NCBI RefSeq assembly: GCF_006345805.1
Contig: NC_043006.1
Span: 98,642,001 to 98,706,000, forward strand
Reading direction: 5' to 3'
Length of the DNA: 64,000 nucleotides
DNA from: Octopus sinensis
Taxonomy: Eukaryota
In this document: piece by piece, positions 1 through 11,299 of the stretch
How the letters are laid out: each line of letters starts with the position of its first letter
How positions within the stretch are numbered: the stretch's first letter is position 1
Program-made: the position numbers and the translations under genes
The notes under the pieces: model-generated
Database searches by the model: none
What the model saw: only the letters and a program-made list of their open reading frames with translations
Told to the model about the DNA's origin: nothing

Positions 1-619
1 CATCTATCCCTTAAATAGAAGGTTATTACAATTTATGGTAGTTTTCCAGACATAACATGATATAGAGTGGATTTGGCATCATTGAAGTACAGTTTTCTTT
101 AAGTAATTACAGAAGTGATATAGGATGTCCAATCATCAAAAGATTTCAATTAAGCAGCAATCGAAGCAATATTGAAGTTACTAACATACTGAAACATTCA
201 TATAAACAAGGGTAATGATATATATAACTCAACTTGTGTGCCTGTGAGTGTATCTATGTGTGTGTCTGTGTGTTTAACTTCCCGGCACAACCTCTCCTAG
301 CCAACAAATCGTAGAAGCACAAAAAATGGGTCACTTAAGGTTTAGGGGAATGAAAATTGAACTGCGCTATTTCTGTTCCGAAATTCATCTCGCAAGTGCA
401 AAAATCGATAATATGTTTAATTAGGCCTTATCCCATGCATTGAATAGTGAACTTTACTCAGTCAGCTGTATGACGTGAAGTGTGTTCACCACATGAGCAA
501 CCATGCGTAAATTGCATGAAAAATAAAGAAAATTGTGATATAAAAACGAATCGCCGTAAACATTGTAGAAATTCGGCAAAAATGAATTTTCGGGATGTAG
601 CCTGGAGGGTTTTTTCGTA

Positions 620-622
<3 letters not shown>

Positions 623-701
<79 letters not shown>

Positions 702-721
702 TATCATCATATATATGTATG

Positions 722-753
<32 letters not shown>

Positions 754-833
754 TATCATCATATATATGTATATATATATATATAATATATATATATATT
801 ATATATATATATTATATATATATATATATATAT
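623..833. repeat. (TA)n microsatellite, interrupted
   Basis: Direct reading of the TA dinucleotide run; accounts for the YI-repeat ORFs 454..762 and 486..710. Confidence 0.95.
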
Positions 834-2177
834 GAGAGTATGATAGAAGAAGGCTAACTCTTCCTTCCGTAGTAGAATAAATTCAAATCGGACCATGTTA
901 GCAGCAAAAATTATTTACCTCAAAAAGGCGCCTTTTTTCTATGAAAATCCCTATTTTTTACGATGTTTTGACTGTTGTGTTGCCATTTTTCGGTGTATTT
1001 CACTTAAAGAGAATAACAAGCTACATACTGCCAAATTTTTACTTTTCAAAAATGTCAATTCTAAAGGGTCTAAACAAACCGCAACGCCGGGCGATACTGC
1101 TAGTGTGTGTTAAATAAAATGAGACAAGACCAAGTCTGTGTGGAATTTTCAGGACATTTATAAAGAGAAAGTTAGTCTGACAGCTGTTATTAGGGATCTC
1201 ATTTAATCAGACAATGTTATATGGTTAAATAGAGGGAAATATTAGAGTTCAGTATAAGGAGTTATTTTGGAAAAGGGAGAAAATAAGAGTATGTAGAAGT
1301 GGTAGAAATGCTTCTTGTCCGTGCTATGTAAATTCCAAATGGAGTTTATATTTTGTCATTAGAAATGGAAAGCGTGGAGACGCAGATTCCATGTGCTGTT
1401 CATTCAAAGGTGTCTTGTGAATGAAATTTTGAGAATGTAGTGGTTGTATTAAGTGGATAGAAAGGGGAGAAGAGATGCGTATGTTAAAATGATGACAGAT
1501 GTCAAAATGAGAAGGTGAGAAAAGAGGAAGGAAAAAAGGAGGAAGAGAAAATGAAAATAGAAAATATGAATAAATGAGTGAAAGAGAAGAAAGTGAAAAA
1601 GTAAAAAATGGAAAAGTGAAAATGTGAAAAAAGTGAAAAAAGGACTGTTAGTTGGTGGTGGTGATGTTATGAGGAGGGATGCGAGAGGAGTAGCAGAGGA
1701 GTAGGAAGAGATAAGGATGTAAGTAATGAACATCAGATACGATCAGCACAATATATGTCTAAAGAAGCAATTCAGGTGAAGTTAAAATCATGTCTATAAG
1801 CTAACACTAATAAGCCTCCTAAATATTCAAGGAAACTATATTTTCAAGATATGATCGCACCTCATATATAGATACATAGATGTGTATCTATTTATTTCTC
1901 TGCGGTCTGAGTTCAACTATCTTTGAGATGAATTTCTGCTTCATTTCTTGTAGTGTTAACTAAATATGGTACACGTTTAATTCTGAAATCAATCATGCTT
2001 CTCACGGTTCTGACTGAAATGAATGGCACAGCTTTGGTACTTCATCTCAAGCTGATTTCTAATGAAAATTGTTCATCTCAAACATATCCATATAATACTG
2101 AGTGGCTTACATGTAAATTCTTGGATCCAAAATATGTCGTTCCACAGCTGAATTTCTCATTATGTTAAGGCTTTCTA

Positions 2178-2400
2178 AGGCGGTGAGCTGGCAGAATCGT
2201 TAGCACTCCGGGCGAAATACTTAGCAGTATTTTGTCTGTCGCAGCGTTCTGTGTTCAAATTCCGACGAGTTCGACTTTACCTTTCATCCTATCGGGCTCG
2301 ATAAAATAATTAACAGTTGAACACTTGGAACGATATAATCAGCCCATCTCCTCTCCCAGAATGGCTATCCTTGTGACAACATTTCAAACCATTATGTTAA
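2178..2400 (+). mobile_element. tRNA-derived SINE, family A (octopus-type)
   Basis: Head ggcggtgagctggcagaatcgttag (A-box-like), B-box-like gttcaaattcc, and central block ctttcatcctatcgggctcgataaaataa; homologous to copies at 8.5, 31.0, 32.0, 34.8 and 36.5 kb. Confidence 0.85.
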
Positions 2401-2777
2401 GGCTGCTTTCTATGTAGGTCTTCGTCTTTTTAATATATGTTGGATGGGTAGGAATGCTTACCCACATGCTATATATTAAATATAGATATATACTGGTGTC
2501 TAATTGTTTTTGCAAATTATCTTGTTATAATACATCACAAACTACTTGAAATAACGACAGGTAAATGTATATAATATGCGCCTATCTTTAGTCAGTTTCT
2601 TGCTTAGAGTTGAAATTGCGTAACATAAAATATACACTTAATAAAACACGAGAAGATTGTGCACAGAGGGAAACATGTTATTCAAGAGAGCGTTTAAATA
2701 TCACCAGAATCTATCTATCTATTTCTTCCTCCCTCTCTCTCTGCCTCTCTGTAAATATAAATATAAATATATATATA

Positions 2778-2856
<79 letters not shown>

Positions 2857-2858
<2 letters not shown>

Positions 2859-3529
2859 TCCCTTCTTCTCTTCTCCCCGTCTGTCTTGATAGACAATGGG
2901 TTGCGCCAAGGGTGGGGCCTACTTTGATGATGTGCAGCGTCTGCTGTGACTGAACAGTCCAATTCTAGAGTGGCAGTCCCTGGTACAGTTGTTGCACACG
3001 AACATCGATGGGTACGTGTGGGGTGTTGCTGCACTTGTCCTCCTCCTGGCCCGCCTTTCCGACCACAGCTGTGCTCTCCTTTCCTCAGCCATGGAAACGC
3101 CTTTCCTCACTGTCCGACGCCAGGCAGAGCGGTCAGCAGCTGTTACCTCCCACGTGTCCACACAGATGTTGGCAGTCCTCATGTCGCGCTTGCACACATC
3201 CCTGTATCGTAGCTGTGGACGTCCCTTGGGTCGGGATCCCGTGGTGAGTTCGCTGTACAGGATGTCTTTAGGCATGCGACCGTCCTGCATGCGGCAGACG
3301 TGTCCGAGCCAGCGCAGTCGTCTCCGCACGAGGAGGGCATGCATGCTTGTCATATTAGTCTGTTCTAGGATGACTCCATTTGGTACTCGGTCCTTCCAGG
3401 AGATGCCAAGGATCCGTCGAAGACACCACATGTGGAAGCCGCTGAGGCGGCATTCTTGCCGGGTGTATGTTGTCCAGCTCCCGCTGCCCTAGAGTAGGGT
3501 GCTCAGCACGCAGGTTCGGTACACTGCGA

Positions 3530-3531
<2 letters not shown>
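2857..3531 (-). mobile_element. RTE-clade LINE, 5'-truncated 3' end (RT C-terminus plus terminal zinc finger)
   Basis: ORF 2919..3431 has CLRRILGISWKDRV..RRRLRWLGHVCRM..MPKDILY..RPKGRPQLRY..DRSAWR and a terminal CNNC..HSRRC. Upstream VYRTCVLSTLL*GS continues the homology. Flanked by (TA)n on both sides. Confidence 0.92.
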
Positions 3532-3585
<54 letters not shown>

Positions 3586-3586
<1 letters not shown>

Positions 3587-3775
3587 CGGGAAGCTTTATG
3601 AAAATAAACAAAAGACGAAGGCAGGTGGAATACAAACAAACAATTGTATTAGTATGGCGCTCAGGAATATAAATAAAACAAGTCTTTTACGTTTCAAGCC
3701 TACGCTCTTCAACAGAAAGATACACAGAAAAGAAACACGGATAGAAACAAGGAGAGAAAAAAATGCGTGCAGATT
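3586..3775 (-). mobile_element. PLE 3'-terminal (pLTR-like) remnant carrying a hammerhead-like motif
   Basis: Minus-strand tail ttcctgagcgccatactaatac..ttccacc matches 19770-19860 and 24705-24785. Contains the motif at 3683-3720. Flanked by (TA)n. Confidence 0.6.
3683..3720 (-). ncRNA. Minimal type I hammerhead-ribozyme-like motif (CUGUUGA+A variant)
   Basis: UCUUU-CUGUUGA-A-GAGC guag GCUU-GAAA-CG-U-A-AAAGA: 5-bp stem I, 4-bp stem II, palindromic ACGU stem III. Deviates at A6U and has an extra A. Confidence 0.6.
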
Positions 3776-3883
3776 ATATATATATATATATATATATAAT
3801 CTCAATAAGAGATAGAGTAGTAACGTATACTAAACAGTATAGCAAATAGCCACATCAACGTTGCAGGTGAATGTTACTACTAG

Positions 3884-4154
3884 TTTAACCCAAGGCGGAT
3901 TATCTGCCAGCTGGTTTTCGGTGCAAGCTCTGCACCTTTTATATACAATATATCGCTAGCAGATGGAGCAAAACTCTACTATCTTCCAGCAGCTAACAGG
4001 ATTGCGCGACCGGTCAGTTTCGAGCTATTTGGCTCATATAAGCCGCGCACACCTGCGCAGTGGGGTTCGCTCCCCCTGCTACCGATATATTGTTTATAAA
4101 GGGTGTACAGTTTTCACTGAAAACCAGCTAGTGGAGATTCCGCCTGGGGTTAAA
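3884..4154. repeat. Inverted repeat, 79-bp arms (3884-3962 / 4076-4154), 113-bp spacer
   Basis: Manual alignment of the reverse-complemented left arm to the right arm gives 14 mismatches in 79 nt with no gaps. Confidence 0.85.
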
Positions 4155-4515
4155 TGCTATATATATATGATATCTTCAAATAACAACTATCTTTATTTCG
4201 ATTATTCGGTAGATTTAAAAAAGCGTTTAAACAATCATTTTTCCTCCTTTAGGCTCAAACACAAAGCAGGTTGCACAACATTGTCTAGTAAAATCTGGGA
4301 ACTAAAAACGAATAATATAGAATTCAACCTGAAATGTGACATAGTAAGAAAAGCACGGCCTTATAAAAATAGTAGGGATGGTTGTCAACTTTGTTCTATG
4401 GAAACATATGAAATTTGAAAACATTGGAGTAATATAAATCTGTTAAATAACCATTCGGAGCTAAGAGTATCTTGCATAGATCGCACGGCCCGTACATTTA
4501 AATATTTTAAATAAT
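4130..4515 (+). pseudogene. GIY-YIG endonuclease remnant of a Penelope-like element
   Basis: CYIYMI..YLYFDYS..LKKRLNNHFSSF..TTLSSKIWELK..FNLK..I..KARPY..CQLCSMETYEI*; homology continues past the TGA (NLLNNHSEL..C). No adjacent RT. Confidence 0.75.
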
Positions 4516-5780
4516 GATATTTTGAATATTCCTAGAATTTTCAAATTTTAATTCTTTATAACCAATTAAGAAGGAATATACCAAGATGGTTTTTAATTCA
4601 ATATACATAGATTACTAAAAAACTTCATTGCAAACTTAGAATTAAATTCTCCTTTTTTGATATTCTCCTATACTAAATAGTATAAATTCTATGTCCCTAA
4701 GGAAACTATTCGGTTCACCTTGATTATCTCACTTCCATTTCTTAATATATAATTAACCAAAGATATTTTTACCTAACTAATTAACCTTTCTCCGCGGGTA
4801 GTAAATATTATTTCCAACAGATCCTATATTTTAATTCATTAATAACAACTCACTATCCATGAAATCTGAGAAATTTACTCTTCTAAATTACTTCTCTTCA
4901 TATTATGAAATCACCTTCTACTAAACCTACGAATACCTTTCTTCTTTGATTTCTCCTCTTCCATTTTTCCTATTATATATTTTTGACCCCTAATATATTC
5001 ACTTGATTAATAAGACTTTTGTCCCCAATTAATAAGTATTATGCCTACTCATAATAAGTGATAGTCTTTTCTCTAAATTGAATAAATTTTAGATCTATAT
5101 TTTTTCCTTTAATCCAACGTATCAAAGTACTCAGAACCTATAAGCTGATTATAATGTTGATGTATATTAGTTTTATAAAATCTCTATATTCTCTATGAGT
5201 GTCATTATAACCATTTGACATTGACCTAGTTCTCCTAATGCCAAATCTGTTTACCAAATAGTAGTAATTGGCATTGTAGTGTGACAACCCTTCTCTCTCT
5301 ACTGAAATTTCTTTATATGGAACTTTGACATCTACTTCACCCCTATTTCTATAAATAGAAAATCTTTTTTGTCTCCTTTCAATGGTCCATTCTTCTCAGA
5401 ACTTTCTAGCAGTTCATAGCAACTGAATATTATTCAGTCAGTTGATAAACTCCACTACCTTAAATGTTTTTAAAATTTAAATCCACATCTTTGTCTATAT
5501 ATCTACCTTCTCTATAATGTTATCACTTGATATGAAAATTATGTATTAATGGAAAACCTCTATAAGTGGCTGATGAGTGCTCAGCATTTTAAAACTGTTG
5601 TAATACTTACAACATTTAATAAAATGATGTAATTCGAAACGACCGAACCAAATTACCGAATTTATTCTTGTTGCTTATTTTGATTATAATCACCCCATGG
5701 ATTTATATGGATAACATCGTACAAAATTCTGGTGCATCTAACTTAATTACCATATTCATTTGAATCTAAATTTTGCTGAA

Positions 5781-5823
<43 letters not shown>

Positions 5824-6042
5824 TATTTTATTTGCTAAAATATTCCGAAACCTAGGTATGACCGTAAATAATAACAATGTAAAAAGTTTTTATTTTTCAT
5901 TCCCTTCGAAATTGTGATTTTGGTCGTTTTGACTGCTTCTTCTAGCGTGTAAAAATTACCTATTAAAGGTAGTTTTCTCTTGTGTTTAAATGTACACTAT
6001 TTTATATACATATACATACATACATATATATATATATATTAT

Positions 6043-6089
<47 letters not shown>

Positions 6090-7004
6090 GATAGATAGAT
6101 ACAGACAAAAGAACACACATATATATATATGAGAGTGTTTGTATGTGTGTGATTGAGAAAGAGAGAGAGAGAGGGAGGAAGAGAAATAGAGAGAGATGAA
6201 AAGTTGCTAAACTTCAGTTTACGCATTTCATTTCATTCTCGGCTGTCCATACATCAGAAGTAAATTGACATATCAATCTTTGACATAACATTTGTAACTT
6301 TACTGTATTTTGTATTGTCTTGCTTGTATTCAAGGGGTGAGTATATATATTTAACTTCTTTAAATTGTTCGCATCACGTCAACACAATCGATCAATCAAT
6401 GTACGCTCCCGGACGTCATATTTCTTTTTTTTGATCTTACACGTATGTTCGATTCTTATAACAAAATCGTTACTACCAACCACTGTTGAAATATGTGAGT
6501 GTGTGATAATTTTTAACTGTTTAAGTAATGATGGATGAGTCTGCTTGTATTTTATGGTTTATTCAAAACTAATATATAATAGTCTTCCACTGCGAAGGCG
6601 ACAAAGTTTTTCGGTGTTTATCATTAAATTCGCTATATTTTCTTGTTTCTTCTCTATGATAATTTCGAAATCAAATGAGTGAAAATTTATGACAAATTTC
6701 ACGAAACTATGATGTATCACAGCAAACTAATGCACGTTAGTATTTTTAATTAGTTAACAATATTGAGTCACCCTCCTTCATTTACAATTATGTTGTTAAA
6801 TATATACATATAATCTCGAGAACATCATGCCTCTAATCGAACAGGATTACGGAATGCAAGCTTGTAGTTGCCCGAAAGTCTAGGTGCTAACATACGTTTT
6901 GTTATTGGAATGTGTCTTGCATATCTAGTCGTTCAGTATGCGTATCGCCCATCTATCTATTAAAATGATGCATATACAACAGGTACGCACACACACACAC
7001 GTAA

Positions 7005-7048
<44 letters not shown>

Positions 7049-8489
7049 GTAAACACATACACACATGTAACCACATAGATGCACACGTAGACTCATACAC
7101 ACACACACATGCATGTGGCTGTAACATTTTGTGAGTCATAACCTTCATAATGTAATTACAGCATTGGCTAAGATTCAAATAATTTGTTATTGGTCAAATA
7201 ATTTGACCAAGATATGACTATTGGGTTGTGATTTTTATATTCCTGAGAGTCAAAACCAAACTGACATTTCACCTTCGATCTTCCAGCAATTCCCAAAACC
7301 TCTTCTTTATCACGCATACTGTGTATAGTGTTTCGATTTTAAAACTTTAGAGTGATAGATTTGAGAGCCAGTGGTTCAGTGTAAATTATCTCAAATAACC
7401 ACGTGCTTACTAATTGCTGCGGGTGGCCTGCTATACTGGTATGAAACATGTTGCCCATACACCCCCCTATTAATCTATTCAACTTCTTGGTGCTGAATAA
7501 CATTCTTCATGGCTTTATAAATAAAACATTTTCATTTAAGCATGTTTTACCGTATGTAGTGTGTATCTGGTGTGTAGGACAAAAGCCCCTCAGGCAAAAC
7601 TCCGACGGCCGAAACCCTTAAGTTAAAGAGCGAAAGAGAACAAAACACCCTCAGTTATATTTTTGGCGGAGGTGGGCCATGAACATCCCAAACTCTTTTC
7701 GGTTTATTTAGTTTTTATTTTACAGATTCTGCACGTTTCCGGTAGAAAAAATAGGCGTTTCAAAATTTAAAGCTTCCCCCACCCATGTTTCCACTTTTCA
7801 CATTTTTGCGAAAAATTTTTCGGGATTCCATGTAAATTATAATATTCTGTAAAATATCCACACCAATATTGTAGGTGTTTTTGAAACACGTTCGCACATT
7901 TGCGCATGCGAGGGTGATTTCCAAAATTCTAGTTAAGCCTAGAAGGTCTCTCCACATGCTAGAAATAACAGTTAAATCTCTTGATTTTTTTTTTTTTATT
8001 ACACGTAAACTAAAACGGAAATTGCGGTTGTGAAAAGAATTTTATTTTCCAAAATTCCAATTACAGAATTCCAATTACAAAATTCCAATATACAAAATCA
8101 TATTCAATCGAAAATGAATAAGTAGAATAAAATAAAAGAACATACATATTTTCTGAATTCTAACATAAAACGGGAGGCATTTACTTGAAGGAATGAGTTT
8201 TACCAGTCAAAAACATACAGTCGTCATCGTCGTCGTCGTCGTCACCGCCGCCGCTGCCGCCTACTCTTAGGCCATGCCGCCGCCTAGCCGGAACATGATT
8301 ATATTCTCGCGCTTAACAGGCTATGCTCTTAACTCTTACATGACCAGAGAAAGATGAAGAGGTCAACATATCGTCATTAATTTCTAAGAGCACAGAGATA
8401 ATACAAAAGATCTGAAATTTGTTTGACAATTAATAAATTTGGCTTCGAATCCCAGCTTTAGCTATTATTTTCTAAATTTTGTGGGAGGG

Positions 8490-8855
8490 AGCTAGTCGAT
8501 TAGATCGACTCAGTACGCAATTGTTATTTAATTTATCGACCCCGAAAGACAAAAATCGACCTTGGTGGAATTTGAACTCAGAACGTAAAGACAGATGAAA
8601 TACCTATTGAACTCAGAACGTAAAGACAGATGAAATACCTATTTCTTTACTAACCAACAGAGAGGACAAACAAAGACAAACAGATTAAGTCGATTATATC
8701 AACCCCAGTGCGTAATTGGTACTTATGTAATCGACCCCGAAAGTTTGAAAGGCAAAGTCGAACTCGGGGGAATTTGAACTCAGAACGTAGCGGCAGACGA
8801 AATAATGCTAAGCATTTCGCCCGGCGTGCTAACGTTTCTACCAGCTCGCCGCCTT
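8490..8855 (-). mobile_element. SINE family A: one full copy (8641-8855) plus an adjacent partial copy with a ~35-bp internal duplication
   Basis: Reverse complement of the family A head (ctaccagctcgccgcctt), gaatttgaactcagaacg and atcgaccccgaaag; ttgaactcagaacgtaaagacagatgaaatacctat occurs twice in tandem. Confidence 0.85.
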
Positions 8856-9349
8856 CGAGTTTTAGCTATTCCCTAGCGGGGAAAATCCTCAATGAACGTT
8901 TTGCTGTTGATTTTTTGTGAAAAATTCAGTACATATTTTGTAGCGAATATTTAAAAATGAATGTTTGCGATACACTCTTGAAGTTTATGAAATATATTAC
9001 AATTTTCATATCTCTTGCACCAAATAAACACGCGAAGTTCAAACAGAATTAATATAACCGAGAGTTAAATAAACGAGTTTAAATTCATCAGGAATATTGG
9101 CGTGGATGTGTGCAGTGTGGGAGGATTCGTTTGAATCTTTAGAAGAAAGTCTTTTTCACAATCGAAATCTGTATATTTATGCAGAATCGCCAAAAATGTT
9201 TCGCAGAAATATGAGAAACGAAAAGATTGATCGTTAGAATTTTGAAATGTTAACTTTTCCTCAGAATCGAGACCTCCGTGTTGCCGAGAAGGTCGGAATC
9301 TGTAAAAAAAAACAAAAAAAAAAAAAACAGAATAATAGCCAGGGCGATA

Positions 9350-9455
9350 AAATATGTACCGGGCTTAAAAATTACTTAAAAAATACGTTCGACTAAAATT
9401 CTTCAGGCGGTGCCCCAGCATGGCTGCAGTCTATTGACTGAAATAAGTAAAAAGT
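9350..9455 (+). mobile_element. 3' tail fragment of SINE family B
   Basis: ttcgactaaaattcttcaggcggtgccccagcatggctgcagtctattgactgaaataagtaaaaag matches the tail of the 63.4-kb copy. Confidence 0.65.
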
Positions 9456-10039
9456 ATAATAAACGAAAAGAGGTGGCATGTTTATTGTACAGCTCCACCA
9501 ATAATATAACTGAGGGGGCTGTGTCCTCGTTCGCATTTTACATTAGGGATTTTTCCGAGGGTGGTTGTTCGAGGTGGTTTTGCCCGAGGGGTATTTTTTC
9601 CTGGGTGTGTTTTGTACCGATCACGTATTCCTGTTATAGCATGCATTCGTTAAACGTTATATCTGCAGTTATGAACAACAAACGTAGGAAAAGATGCTGC
9701 CAATTCTATCCAATTGTTCGCCTGAAATCGTTGCACTTGAGCTATATATGAAGTGATTTATTTCATTGCTAGGAAGCCCAGTTGGAAGATAAAGTTAGGC
9801 TTAGGGGACCAGGTCTGAGAGGAATGAAATAACAAATAAAAAAACAAAATTTTCCGTTTAACTGTCAGGTGAATTTAAGAGAGTAACGGTGAGTCTTCAT
9901 GACCCAAGGTCAGGATTCTGAATAAAAGAGACACTCCATGCAGTGCAAATACCCTCATCTGTTCCAAAGACTGTTATTGTCGTTTCATTTGTAGGGTAAG
10001 TGAGACCCTTAGTTCTGGGGGTTGCACAAAGCATTGCGT

Positions 10040-10469
10040 TTATAGGACCAAACCATCAATGGAAAGTGCTATGTCAACTTGATGAGGCACTTAAGAAAGG
10101 CTATCACAGGACAATGATTCAATACATAAGAACTTGCTTTCAAAAATGCTGTGCATGACTGTTGCTTTGCACCGGATGATCAGCCTCTCTATTCTCTTGA
10201 TTTGGCCCCATCTGATTATCACTGTTCCCGAACATATAAAAAATAACTTCACTGGGGAGAAGAATCGCACTGATGATGTTCTTATAACTACTGTTGACGA
10301 CTTTTTGGCCAGTAGAATGAAAGCTTCTTCAGCAATTGATCCAAGCACTGCAACAACGACGGAAGAAGCGTGTGGACTGCAACGAGGATTATGTTAAGTA
10401 AAGCCCATTCGGTCACATTCCATGGACGCATCTTGATCAGCCGATGAACTTTTACCTGACCTTCGTATT
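10040..10469 (+). mobile_element. Mariner transposase 3' remnant with right TIR
   Basis: Frameshifted PLYSLDLAPSDYH (YSPDLAPSD motif), ITTVDDFL and IQALQQRRKKRVDCNEDYVK*. The end tcagccgatgaacttttacctgaccttcgta is mariner-TIR-like and ends at TA. Confidence 0.8.
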
Positions 10470-11299
10470 TTATGAAGAAGTAGGGAGGCTTTGGTGGAAG
10501 AAATAGAAACTGAAAACATGATACACAAGACGTAAAAGAAATGTTCGAAATTAGAATCTACAGAATACACAGTGCACACAAAATCGCACGCAAACACACA
10601 CAAACACATGCACACACACACACACACACACACACATGCACATACACACACGTATGTAAGTATATATGTATACACACACCCAGATATTGTTGTCAATGGT
10701 CATATTCAAAAGGTTTCAGTCATATTAAAGAGAATGATATTACAGTTCTATATTTAAGATTATATTGATATTAGTTTTTCAATTAAAACTTAGTATGCCG
10801 ACATCTGTCACAACACTGAACATTTGCGTAATGGTCCTGTCTAGATTTCCGAGTGGATAAGGAGTTATCTATGAAAAGATGTATTAGTTGCAAAAACCTC
10901 TTCATATAATATTACTGCACAGCTGACGATTGCAAATCTGATTACGCTGTCATTTCAGAAATTTCGTTTCTTTTGTTTTAATTTATCATTTTATACATTT
11001 TCAAAAGGATTCACTTTACTTGTAGCAACAGGAGTTGGGTAATTCTTGGTTAATATGCATGAAAATAGTTAAGACTGTCAAATTATATGAATGGCCTATA
11101 ACTGTCAACGTGGTTTAGTGCGATATTTGATATTGGATATTTCCTAACTTTTGTCATGTGTTTCAAAAAATCATCTATATATTGGAATTGCTTATAATTT
11201 CAACTTATAAGTGGGCAATTTAGAATAATTCCTTATTACATATAATAATGGAAATTATTGTAGTCTGTGTTTAGGTGCCTACAAGTAGTACAGCAAGTA

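Noticed and set aside
1150-1450. Possible minus-strand GIY-YIG trace (GIYIART)
   Set aside because: Single short motif, multiple stops and no supporting residues.
4416-4418. In-frame TGA in the GIY-YIG ORF as possible selenocysteine
   Set aside because: The position corresponds to a hydrophobic residue after E..I rather than a Cys. The nearest ATGA..AAAA..TGA hairpin (5573-5630) does not have SECIS helix geometry. An ordinary nonsense mutation is simpler.
5230-5520. Minus-strand SGVYQL motif suggesting a second endonuclease
   Set aside because: No YIG half or downstream conserved residues can be aligned.
5570-5640. Perfect CTGATGA followed by hairpins and a distant CGAAAC
   Set aside because: I could not form stems I and III around the core, so it is not called a ribozyme.
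10134-10397. 87-aa ORF that looks like a host exon
   Set aside because: It is explained as shifted frames of the mariner remnant.
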